Below, in pieces: positions 22,345-31,071 of a stretch of 64,000 nt of DNA. Position 1 is the stretch's first letter. Each line of letters starts with the position of its first letter. The notes under the pieces were generated by a model that did not search any database, was not told the origin of the DNA, and was given only the letters and a program-made list of their open reading frames with translations. Made by a program: the position numbers and the translations under genes. Source of the DNA: an uncultured virus (IMG/VR IMGVR_UViG_3300042465_006264) (Duplodnaviria; Heunggongvirae; Uroviricota; Caudoviricetes); the IMG/VR virus record IMGVR_UViG_3300042465_006264. One strand, 5' to 3'.

Positions 22345-23326
22345 CCCTGACGCAAAAATTGTTGAAGAGGGACTGGATGGATCTGATGTCACTGGTTTTA
22401 TTGACACCGGATCTTATGTATTAAACGCACTTCTTTCTGGAACCATTTATGGTGGACTACCAAACAATAAAATATCATGCTTGGCTGGTGACCCTGCTAC
22501 TGGTAAAACCTTTTATGCGATTGGTATTGCGTCACAGTTCTTAAAGGACAATAAAGATGGTGTTGTGGTTTACTTCGACACTGAGCAGGCTGTAACGACT
22601 GATATGTTCAAGCAGCGTGGTATTGACACCGAAAGAGTAGCCGTTGTTCCTGTGGCAACCATTGAGGAATTCAAGACACAATCTCTAAAGATTGTGAATG
22701 ACATTCTAGAGCAACCTGAAGATGAGCGCAAGCCAGTTTTATTTGTTCTTGATTCTCTTGGTATGTTGTCTACAGAGAAAGAAATGAATGACTCTGCTGA
22801 AGGCAAGAATGTCCGTGACATGACCAAGGCACAGCAGACCAAGGCAACATTCCGTGTGCTAACTCTAAAACTAGGGAAAGCCAAGATTCCCATGTTGATG
22901 ACTAATCACACATACCAAGTCATCGGTGCGTATGTTCCAACCAAGGAACTTGGTGGTGGTATTGGTTTGAAGTATGCAGCAAGCAACATCCTAACGCTCT
23001 CAAAGAGCAAAGACAAGACTGATGAGGGTGTTGTTGGAATCTTCATCAAGTGCACAAACTATAAGAACAGGTTTGTTAAGGAGAACATGAATGTAGAGAC
23101 GCGTCTAAACTACACTTCTGGTCTAAGCAGATACTATGGCCTAACCGATTTGGCAATCAAGTATGGTATTTTTAAAAAGGTATCAACACGAATTGAATTG
23201 CCGGATGGAACAAAAGCATTTGAAAAAAATATTGACGAAGACCCAGAGAAGTATTATACTAAGGAAATCCTAGATAGATTGGACGCAGAGATTCAAAAGG
23301 ACTTCAAATATGGACAAGGTTCCTAA
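22304..23326 (+). CDS. uvsX: RecA-like recombinase
   Basis: IDTGSYVLNALLSG, AGDPATGKTF, DSLGML, GGGIGLKYAAS. Confidence 0.95.
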   Translation: MSKYLKSLIGKINNPDAKIVEEGLDGSDVTGFIDTGSYVLNALLSGTIYGGLPNNKISCLAGDPATGKTFYAIGIASQFLKDNKDGVVVYFDTEQAVTTDMFKQRGIDTERVAVVPVATIEEFKTQSLKIVNDILEQPEDERKPVLFVLDSLGMLSTEKEMNDSAEGKNVRDMTKAQQTKATFRVLTLKLGKAKIPMLMTNHTYQVIGAYVPTKELGGGIGLKYAASNILTLSKSKDKTDEGVVGIFIKCTNYKNRFVKENMNVETRLNYTSGLSRYYGLTDLAIKYGIFKKVSTRIELPDGTKAFEKNIDEDPEKYYTKEILDRLDAEIQKDFKYGQGS

Positions 23327-23627
23327 TTATCGTTACACACCAGAATCAGACACAGACACAAACAAAACATGCCCAATAGAAATTGTGGATGGAGAATTTG
23401 CAGGAATTGTTTTTCGTTATGGAACAATTAATGTTTCAGAACACGACAATGACAATGTAAAGGTTACTATGGAGCTTGAAATTGTGAAGGGTCCTAAAAA
23501 CTTTAATAAAGATACACCAGAATTTACAAATGCAGTTGGTGAAATTTTTGTTAAGATCATAGAAGAGCAGTCAGAGCGAGAACTTGAAGAAGCAGTCGAT
23601 CTTGAAGATGATGTTCATACGGATTGA
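23310..23627 (+). CDS. Hypothetical protein (gp40-like position)
   Basis: IEIVDGEFAGIVFRYG; lies between uvsX and gp41 as T4 gp40 does. Confidence 0.55.
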   Translation: MDKVPNYRYTPESDTDTNKTCPIEIVDGEFAGIVFRYGTINVSEHDNDNVKVTMELEIVKGPKNFNKDTPEFTNAVGEIFVKIIEEQSERELEEAVDLEDDVHTD

Positions 23628-23664
23628 TACTGGACTTCTTAAAAAACCAAGACATAATTAAAAC

Positions 23665-25080
23665 ATGGAATCAGTAATTCTAAAGAACTTGGTCCTCAAT
23701 GAGGACTATGCTCGCAAAGTTGTCCCGTTCCTCCAAGAGGAATATTTTCACGACAAGTCTGAAAAGACTGTGTTCGGTATCGTTGGCAAATTTATTTTAA
23801 AGTACAACAGCATTCCTACAAAGGATGCTGTACTCATTTCGCTTGGCGACGAGAAAGCACTCAGTGAAGTTGAATTTAAGAAGTGCACATCTATTGCTGA
23901 TGAGATGTACAAAGAAGGTGAGAAGTCTGATACAGTCTGGCTAGTTGAACAGACAGAAAAGTTCTGCAAGGAAAAGGCAATCTACAATGGTATCATGGCA
24001 TCCATTGGAATTATTGAGGGCAAAGACAAGGAAAAGACTCAGAATGCTATTCCTGATATCATGTCAAAGGCTCTTTCTGTTTCTTTTGATACTAGAGTTG
24101 GCCATGACTTTTTGGAAGATGTTGATGAGCGATATGAGTATTATCACAGAGTAGAGGAGAAGGTTCCATTTGATCTTGAGATGTTTAACAAGATCACCCG
24201 TGGTGGTACGCGCAAGAAAACTCTCAATGTAGTAATGGCAGCATCCGGTGTAGGCAAGAGTGCCTTTCTGTGCCATCATGCGGCAGCGTGCTTGTCACAA
24301 AACCTGAATGTTCTTTACATCACACTTGAGATGGCAGAAGAAGAAATTGCAAAACGTATCGATGCCAATCTTCTTGACACAGACATGCATCACCTTGAGA
24401 CTATGCCATTGACTCAGTATGAATCAAAGGTGGAAAATCTCAAGAGAACTTGCCGTGGCAAACTTATCATCAAAGAGTATCCTACAGCCGCTGCAAATGT
24501 AACCCACTTCCGCAATCTTATGGAAGAACTTAAGATCAAGAAGAAGTTTGTTCCAGATGTGATCTTTGTAGATTATCTAAACATCTGCTCCTGCGCCAGG
24601 TTTAAACTTGGTAATGGTATGAACAGTTACACCTATGTCAAGGGAATTGCTGAGGAACTACGTGGTATGGCCAAGCAGTTTAATATTCCTCTTTGGACTG
24701 CCACTCAGGTCAACCGTGAAGGTGCCAAGAGCAGCGACATGGAAATGACTGACACATCAGAGAGCTTTGGGTTGCCACAGACTGCGGACTTCTTCTTTGC
24801 TCTTATTGAGAACGAAGAACTTGCCGAGTCTGGGCAACTCATGGTGAAGCAGTTGAAGAATCGTGGTAATGACACTACCAAGAACAGGAAGTTCTTAGTT
24901 GGAGTTAATAAGTCCAAGATGAAATTCTATGATGTTGACAACACGAATTCCAATCTTGTAAACTCTAACAACACCGATGAAGAGGGTTATGGATCTGGAT
25001 CAGATGCCAGCACGTTCAATCCTCAATTTGGAAAGAAAAAGAATAAAGCAATCAATTGGACTTTTGAAGAAGCCAAATGA
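23665..25080 (+). CDS. gp41: Replicative DNA helicase
   Basis: SGVGKS Walker A, TLEMAEE, VDYLNI, TATQVNR, SESFGLP. Confidence 0.96.
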   Translation: MESVILKNLVLNEDYARKVVPFLQEEYFHDKSEKTVFGIVGKFILKYNSIPTKDAVLISLGDEKALSEVEFKKCTSIADEMYKEGEKSDTVWLVEQTEKFCKEKAIYNGIMASIGIIEGKDKEKTQNAIPDIMSKALSVSFDTRVGHDFLEDVDERYEYYHRVEEKVPFDLEMFNKITRGGTRKKTLNVVMAASGVGKSAFLCHHAAACLSQNLNVLYITLEMAEEEIAKRIDANLLDTDMHHLETMPLTQYESKVENLKRTCRGKLIIKEYPTAAANVTHFRNLMEELKIKKKFVPDVIFVDYLNICSCARFKLGNGMNSYTYVKGIAEELRGMAKQFNIPLWTATQVNREGAKSSDMEMTDTSESFGLPQTADFFFALIENEELAESGQLMVKQLKNRGNDTTKNRKFLVGVNKSKMKFYDVDNTNSNLVNSNNTDEEGYGSGSDASTFNPQFGKKKNKAINWTFEEAK

Positions 25081-26063
25081 CGCTATATATTGATAAGAAG
25101 TTTGTAAATTTGGTATCTGGTTCACTTGAGAAGTTTAAGTGGAAGAAAGATACACTAGCCACATGTAGATGTTTCAAGTGTGGCGACTCACAGAAGAATA
25201 AGTCCAAGACAAGGGGATACTTCTTTGAGCACAAAGGCCATTATGTTTACAAATGCCATAATTGCGGTTTTTCTTGCAACCTATATTCTGTACTTGAAAA
25301 TATTAGCCCATCACTCGCAAAAGAATATGCGTTTGAAAAATTTAAAGATGCGAATCCGAAACCAGTTGAGAAAAAACAAGATGCTCCCCGCCAACAAGTG
25401 TTTACTAATCTCGGAACGAGGCTTGACCTACTCAATGCAGACCATACGGCGATAAAATATGTCAAGTCCCGTGAAATACCTAAAGAAAAATATTGTAACT
25501 TTTATTATTGCACTGACTTTGGAAAGATCATGCACTCCTTTAATCGTGAAGGGACCAAAGAGCCCCGATTGGTCATACCATTCTATAACGATTCTGGGGA
25601 GCTTATTGGAGTTCAGGGTCGCTCTCTTGACCCAACTGGCAAAGCGATTCGTTATATCACGCTGAAGCGCGAAGGAGAAGAGAGACTTTGGTACAACCTA
25701 GATAAGATAGAGCCACACGACACGGTATATGTAACTGAAGGTCCTATCGATTCAATGTTTATACCAAATGGTGTGGCAATGCAGGGCGCTGGATGGTTGG
25801 CTGAGTTACCGGATAAATTAAAGAAGTCTAAAGTTATTTTTATATTTGACAATGAACCAAGAAATGCCGAGATTGTTGCGCTGATTGGAAAATATGTAGA
25901 GGCTGGAAGAAACGTAGTAATCTGGCCATCAGAGATCGACAAGAAAGACATAAACGACATGGTATTGGCTTATGGAATCAACACTACCATGAAACTAATA
26001 ATTAATAATGTTTATTCTGGACTTGTAGCAAAGATGAAGTACACTTATTGGAAGAAAGTTTAA
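25077..26063 (+). CDS. gp61: DNA primase
   Basis: Zn finger CRCFKCGDS..CHNCG; TOPRIM EGPIDS, FDNEPRN, KDINDM. Confidence 0.95.
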   Translation: MTLYIDKKFVNLVSGSLEKFKWKKDTLATCRCFKCGDSQKNKSKTRGYFFEHKGHYVYKCHNCGFSCNLYSVLENISPSLAKEYAFEKFKDANPKPVEKKQDAPRQQVFTNLGTRLDLLNADHTAIKYVKSREIPKEKYCNFYYCTDFGKIMHSFNREGTKEPRLVIPFYNDSGELIGVQGRSLDPTGKAIRYITLKREGEERLWYNLDKIEPHDTVYVTEGPIDSMFIPNGVAMQGAGWLAELPDKLKKSKVIFIFDNEPRNAEIVALIGKYVEAGRNVVIWPSEIDKKDINDMVLAYGINTTMKLIINNVYSGLVAKMKYTYWKKV

Positions 26064-26064
26064 T

Positions 26065-26304
26065 ATGGAACATGATGATGATGAAGACATGACTGAAGAT
26101 GAGATTTTAAAGGCAAGCGAAGCCTATCTCATGTTTGTTCAGAGATTTTCTGAATATGTAAAGGAAATGGATTTTGTTCTATGGTCAAAGGCTAGAGAAT
26201 ATGCTGCTGACTTTACAAAGATCCCTGGTGTTACTGTTGAACTTGTAGATAAGGATGAAGATACTAATGACAAAAATGATGGAAACAAGTCCGGAGCTGA
26301 CTGA
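26065..26304 (+). CDS. Small acidic hypothetical protein
   Basis: Tightly packed ORF between primase and thyX. Confidence 0.6.
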   Translation: MEHDDDEDMTEDEILKASEAYLMFVQRFSEYVKEMDFVLWSKAREYAADFTKIPGVTVELVDKDEDTNDKNDGNKSGAD

Positions 26305-26977
26305 AGTTAAAGTTCTTGATTATGGTCATGTACAACTAGTTGATTGTATGGGCACAGATCTTTCTGTTTGTGATGCTGCCCGCGTTTCTTTCAACAAGAC
26401 AAGTCAATTGAATGAAGATGGTACTCTTGCAGAACGAGATGCTAAACTTATTAATTATCTTTCTAAGCATGATCACTTTACTCCATTTTGTCATGCAGTT
26501 GTAACACTCAGAGTTAAATGTCCAATTTTTGTTCGTGCTCAACTTGGTAAGCATCAGATTGGTCTTACTATGAATGAGGTGAGCAGAAGATATGTAACAT
26601 TTGATCCCGAAATTTACATTCCTCTTTGGAGGTCGGCACCAATCAATGGTGCAAAGCAGGGAAGCAGCGGAAGAATTGAAGATATGGATCTCTGTATTAA
26701 GTTGAGACAAGAATATGATTCTGTTGCAAAGGATTGTGTAAAACTTTACAATGATCTTCTTGCTGATGGTGTTGCACCTGAGCAAGCGAGATCAATTTTA
26801 CCGCAAGGAACTTACACGGAATTTGTGTGGACTGGTTCTCTCTATGCATTTGCCCGTATTTATAATTTGAGAATCGATGCCCACGCACAATGGGAAATTC
26901 AGGAATATGCCAAAGCAATTGGTAAAATAATTGCTCCACTTTTCCCAGTTTCGTGGCAAACTCTAACAACTAAATAA
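26255..26977 (+). CDS. thyX: Flavin-dependent thymidylate synthase
   Basis: AARVS, HFTPF, KHQ..NEVSRRY, PEQARSILP, HAQWEI; start could be slightly downstream. Confidence 0.95.
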   Translation: MKILMTKMMETSPELTEVKVLDYGHVQLVDCMGTDLSVCDAARVSFNKTSQLNEDGTLAERDAKLINYLSKHDHFTPFCHAVVTLRVKCPIFVRAQLGKHQIGLTMNEVSRRYVTFDPEIYIPLWRSAPINGAKQGSSGRIEDMDLCIKLRQEYDSVAKDCVKLYNDLLADGVAPEQARSILPQGTYTEFVWTGSLYAFARIYNLRIDAHAQWEIQEYAKAIGKIIAPLFPVSWQTLTTK

Positions 26978-27002
26978 AGACACCACCATAGAAAGGCCCA
27001 TT

Positions 27003-28892
27003 ATGCCAGAAATTTTATCACCATTCCAATCGTTTATTTTCATCTCGCGCTATTCACGTTGGCTTCCATCAGATGGTCGTCGTGAAACTTGGGATGAGTG
27101 TGTAGAAAGATGGTGGAATTATTTCACGGACAAAGTTCCCGCACTTGCAGATCGTCCAGACATTAAGAAGGCAATTATTAATCTTGAAGTTCTTCCTTCA
27201 ATGAGAAGTTTGATGACTGCTGGACCTGCACTAGATCATGACAATACTTGTTTGTACAACTGTTCATACTTGCCAATTGATTCTGTTGAATCATTTGCAG
27301 AACTGTTTGTAATTCTAATGAATGGAACAGGAGTCGGTTACAGTGTTGAGCGTCAGTACACTGATAAACTTCCAACTGTCGCTAATAAAATAGAAAAGGA
27401 TTTTAATGTTGTTGTCAAAGTTGAAGACTCTAAAGAAGGTTGGGGAAACGCTCTTAAAGAAATTCTACGACATCTGTATTCGGGTCGTCACGTTAAATGG
27501 GATGTGTCCGGGATCAGACCCGCTGGAGCTAGACTTAAGACTTTTGGCGGTAGGGCTAGTGGTCCTGCTCCTCTTGATAATCTCTTTAAGTTAATCGTAA
27601 AGGTTTTCTATAGCGCACAAGGTCGTAAGTTAACTGCTCTTGAGTGCCACGATGTTTGCTGTGCTATTGCAAACGCTGTTATTGTAGGTGGTGTTCGTCG
27701 TTCTGCCATGATTTCACTCAGCGATCTCTCTGATCGTGAGATGGCTCTATGTAAGAGCGGTGCGTGGTGGGAGCAAGCAGGCTTCCGTTCCTACGCAAAC
27801 AACTCTGCTGTTTACCGTGGTCGCCCACCGATGGGCCAATTCCTTGAGGAATGGACTTCACTATACAACAGCCATAGTGGTGAGCGTGGAATGATCAATC
27901 GTAAAGCTCTCCAAGAGCAAGCAGCCAAATGGGGCCGGGATATCGATGCTGAGTACGGAACGAATCCATGCTCAGAGATCATCTTGAAACCGTTTGAGTT
28001 CTGCAATCTTTCAACTGTTGTTGTTCGACCTGATGATACTGCTGCAACACTCAAGAAGAAGATTGAGATGGCCACAATCATTGGCACCGTTCAATCTACA
28101 TTTACTAAATTCCCGTATCTTCGTCCAGAGTGGAAGAAGAACTGTGAGGACGAGAGACTTCTTGGTGTTAGCATGACGGGTATATATGACAACAAGTTAA
28201 CCAGTGGTCTTGAGGGCAAGCCAAAACTTATTCGTTTGCTTGAAAGTCTTCGTGATCATGCAACGGCAACTAATATGCAATGGGCAGAGAAGTTGGGTAT
28301 CAATCCAAGCAAGTCCATCACATGCGTCAAGCCAGAGGGAACTACTTCTTGCTTGGTAGATTCTGCATCAGGTCTACACCCAAGATATGCAGATTATTAT
28401 TATCGCAGAGTTCGTATTGACAAGAAAGATCCAATCTATCAACTCATGAAAGATCAAGGAGTTCCTTGTGAAGACGATGTAATCAATCCAAACAACACTG
28501 CTGTCTTTACGTTTGCAATGAAGGCTCCGCGTGGCACAGTAACTACTGAAGATCTGCGTGCACTTGATCACTTGGATCTTTGGAAGACATACCAAGAACA
28601 TTATTGCCAACACAAGCCCTCTGTAACCGTAAACTACCGTGACAGCGAATTCCTTGAAGTTGGTCAATGGTTATGGGAAAACTTTGATGTTGCAACGGGA
28701 ATCTCCTTCTTGCCAGGTGGTGACAATCATACATATGCTCAGGCTCCGTTTGAGCAGATTGACGCTGCAACTTATAATGAACACCCAAAGATCAAGGTTA
28801 ACTTCAAGGAGTTGTCACAATACGAGTCACAAGACAATACAGAAGCAGCAAAGGAATTTGCATGTTCTGCAGGAGGTTGTCAGATAGTTTAA
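27003..28892 (+). CDS. nrdJ: Class II (B12-dependent) ribonucleotide reductase
   Basis: SRYSRW..RRETW, YNC, GGVRRSAMI, TNPCSEI, KPEGT, C-terminal CSAGGC. Confidence 0.92.
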   Translation: MPEILSPFQSFIFISRYSRWLPSDGRRETWDECVERWWNYFTDKVPALADRPDIKKAIINLEVLPSMRSLMTAGPALDHDNTCLYNCSYLPIDSVESFAELFVILMNGTGVGYSVERQYTDKLPTVANKIEKDFNVVVKVEDSKEGWGNALKEILRHLYSGRHVKWDVSGIRPAGARLKTFGGRASGPAPLDNLFKLIVKVFYSAQGRKLTALECHDVCCAIANAVIVGGVRRSAMISLSDLSDREMALCKSGAWWEQAGFRSYANNSAVYRGRPPMGQFLEEWTSLYNSHSGERGMINRKALQEQAAKWGRDIDAEYGTNPCSEIILKPFEFCNLSTVVVRPDDTAATLKKKIEMATIIGTVQSTFTKFPYLRPEWKKNCEDERLLGVSMTGIYDNKLTSGLEGKPKLIRLLESLRDHATATNMQWAEKLGINPSKSITCVKPEGTTSCLVDSASGLHPRYADYYYRRVRIDKKDPIYQLMKDQGVPCEDDVINPNNTAVFTFAMKAPRGTVTTEDLRALDHLDLWKTYQEHYCQHKPSVTVNYRDSEFLEVGQWLWENFDVATGISFLPGGDNHTYAQAPFEQIDAATYNEHPKIKVNFKELSQYESQDNTEAAKEFACSAGGCQIV

Positions 28893-28899
28893 TATGTAA

Positions 28900-28973
28900 T
28901 CCTCGGTAGCTCAGCTGGTAGTAGCGCAAAACTGTTAATTTTGATGTCGTTGGTTCGATCCCAACCCGAGGAG
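28900..28973 (+). tRNA. tRNA-Asn(GTT)
   Basis: TCCTCGG/CCGAGGA acceptor; CAAAA-CTGTTAA-TTTTG anticodon arm; GTTCGAT T-loop; no CCA. Confidence 0.95.
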
Positions 28974-28980
28974 TTTAAAA

Positions 28981-29014
28981 AACAAAATTCTCCCCAAAAA
29001 GGAGAATTTTTGTT
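28981..29014. terminator. Intrinsic terminator hairpin after tRNA-Asn
   Basis: AAAATTCTCC-loop-GGAGAATTTT. Confidence 0.7.
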
Positions 29015-29026
29015 ATAAATAATTTT

Positions 29027-29110
29027 GCCGGGGGAGATGGGGCTCGCGTTTTTTCTCAAGTGTTCGAAGTACGCTTGACAGAGAACCAAGAAACACTCCC
29101 CTGTGCGAGG
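29027..29110 (+). ncRNA. Candidate structured small RNA between two late promoters
   Basis: GC-rich rod GGGGAG/CTCCCC, TCAAGTGT/ACGCTTGA; flanked by TATAAATA at 29014 and 29111. Confidence 0.5.
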
Positions 29111-29121
29111 TATAAATATCT

Positions 29122-29682
29122 ATGTTCTATATGCTCGTAGGTGTTGACTACTCAATAACTTGCCCCTGCCTATGTCTCTATGATGAGCGTAAAGAATTTA
29201 AATTTGAAAATTGTTCGTTCTATTATTTGACAACAGTTAAAAAATTTGCAGATAAAATTTTACCAAACATTAATGGTGAAAGTTTTCAAGAATATGTGAT
29301 GGATGTGGATCGGTTTGATACGATCTCAGATTGGTCAAGTAAGTTATGCATAGGAGCCTCGGATGTAGCCGTAGAAGGCTATTCCTACGGATCTAAAGGC
29401 CGTGTGTTCAATTTGGCAGAGAACATGGGAATCTTCAAGCATAAGCTGTATAAGGCCGGGATTCCCGTAACGGTCATAGAGCCGTCTAAGGCAAAGAAAC
29501 TCGCCACAGGCAAAGGAAACGCCGATAAAGTGGCAATGTATAAAGCCTTCTCTGAGGAGACTGGAACAAATTTAGCGTTTACTTTTAATCAAAGAACTTT
29601 GTCAAATCCGATAACGGATATTGTAGACAGTTATTATATTCTCAAATCACTTCTTCAGTTAAAAACTGATCTTGCAAATTAA
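29122..29682 (+). CDS. RuvC-like Holliday junction resolvase
   Basis: VGVDYS, VAVEGYSY, ATGKGNADK, DIVDSY. Confidence 0.8.
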   Translation: MFYMLVGVDYSITCPCLCLYDERKEFKFENCSFYYLTTVKKFADKILPNINGESFQEYVMDVDRFDTISDWSSKLCIGASDVAVEGYSYGSKGRVFNLAENMGIFKHKLYKAGIPVTVIEPSKAKKLATGKGNADKVAMYKAFSEETGTNLAFTFNQRTLSNPITDIVDSYYILKSLLQLKTDLAN

Positions 29683-29938
29683 TAACTTTATATTCATAAA
29701 TTGGTTTTAGTTCTTTTGTTTCTTCCAATACAACAAGATGATAACCATTTTCATCCGCCATATATGCTTTACCCGAGAAACCAAAAGATTCTGCTAAAGC
29801 AACGATATTTAAATCATCGGTCTGAATAAGAGTCATATTATCATTTTTAACAATAACATGACCCAAAATTTTGTTTTCAAATAAAATATTGTAAACAGTG
29901 CAATCTGCAAGCAAAATTTTCTGAAGTTTATAGTTCAT
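29642..29938 (-). CDS. Hypothetical protein
   Basis: ORF in minus-strand operon. Confidence 0.55.
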   Translation of the reverse strand: MNYKLQKILLADCTVYNILFENKILGHVIVKNDNMTLIQTDDLNIVALAESFGFSGKAYMADENGYHLVVLEETKELKPIYEYKVINLQDQFLTEEVI

Positions 29939-29946
29939 AATAATAT

Positions 29947-30249
29947 TTATCTTACAAATCTTCCTATACCTTTGCCCGCACTGTCTAATCTATCATGATA
30001 TCTTTTTGGGACCATCCCATTATTTTTAATTCTATCAACTACTTCATTCCAAGCACTTCCACACACTTTTGTTGGAGTTAAAGCCATATCATATGCAATG
30101 GAATTTCTTTGTCCTTCCCAATTTTTTACAACTTTTTTCTTTCCACAAGAAGGGCATTTTTGTTTGATGGGGGCATCACTTTCAGACATTTTTAAAAACA
30201 ATTCAAATTCATGATCACATTTTTCACACTTAAAAGCATAGTTTGGCAT
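29947..30249 (-). CDS. FmdB-family zinc-ribbon protein
   Basis: MPNYAFKCEKCDHEFE...CPSCG. Confidence 0.85.
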   Translation of the reverse strand: MPNYAFKCEKCDHEFELFLKMSESDAPIKQKCPSCGKKKVVKNWEGQRNSIAYDMALTPTKVCGSAWNEVVDRIKNNGMVPKRYHDRLDSAGKGIGRFVR

Positions 30250-30250
30250 A

Positions 30251-30739
30251 TTATTTCTTCCTAAAAGTAATTAGCATGTGATCAAACAAGAACCCATAGG
30301 ATGGTTCCTTTGGTTTATTTTTAAGAGGCATTTTTGCTTCTTTGGGTGTCTTATTTCCTTTTGCAAGATTACAATCTTTGCAGGAAGTTACCATATTGAC
30401 CCAAGTAGATCCACCGCCTTTTGACTTGGGAACGATATGATCTACAGTTGCTGTTTTATCACAAAGATCTATTCCGCAGTATTGACATGTATAATTGTCT
30501 CTGCGGAATACATTTTTTCTATTTGGAACTACTCGTTTAAAAGGAAGTTTGACGTAGTATTTTAAAATTAATACCTTTGGAATTTTAACAATTTTAGAAA
30601 CTGAAACAACTTCATAGTATTCGGGAGTTTGTTCGTCAACCCATACTTTATCTTTTGAAATAAGTTTAAATGCTTTTCCAACGGTAATAATATTGAGCGG
30701 TGTATTGTCTTGATTGAGCAAGAGGACCTGCTTAGTCAT
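30251..30739 (-). CDS. HNH endonuclease (McrA-like)
   Basis: VLLLN, NRKNVFRRDNYTCQYCG, TVDHIVPKSKGG, NMVTSCKDCN. Confidence 0.9.
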   Translation of the reverse strand: MTKQVLLLNQDNTPLNIITVGKAFKLISKDKVWVDEQTPEYYEVVSVSKIVKIPKVLILKYYVKLPFKRVVPNRKNVFRRDNYTCQYCGIDLCDKTATVDHIVPKSKGGGSTWVNMVTSCKDCNLAKGNKTPKEAKMPLKNKPKEPSYGFLFDHMLITFRKK

Positions 30740-30779
30740 ACCTTTTAAGTATTTATGAAAATCTAAATATTTTAAAGCC

Positions 30780-31070
30780 ATGGATAATAAACAAGATAGA
30801 CAATTTTATTGGGAAGTCAAGGATTTTATGCAAAAAAAGACAAATCCTGTAACACCAGCACCCAATAAACTACAAAATACAATTAAAGAAGTGACATCAA
30901 ATATTCCATCAGTTTCAGCGCCAGTCAATGATATGGTAAATAGTTCCTCACAATTAAAAAATTCTGTAAATGAAACTATTCAAAAATATCAAAATAGTTT
31001 AAATAGACAAAAACCACAATCATTCAAAACAAGTGCAAATATAAATCTAAATCCTTTTAGAATTAAATGA
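30780..31070 (+). CDS. Late hypothetical protein
   Basis: CTAAATA upstream; first gene of a plus-strand island. Confidence 0.6.
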   Translation: MDNKQDRQFYWEVKDFMQKKTNPVTPAPNKLQNTIKEVTSNIPSVSAPVNDMVNSSSQLKNSVNETIQKYQNSLNRQKPQSFKTSANINLNPFRIK

Positions 31071-31071
31071 T

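Noticed and set aside
19527..28892. Inteins or introns in gp43, gp41, nrdJ
   Set aside because: Lengths are normal and motifs contiguous
29027..29110. HDV-like (theta) ribozyme after tRNA-Asn
   Set aside because: Could not fit P3/L3/P1.1/J4-2, and a terminator plus promoter separate it from the tRNA
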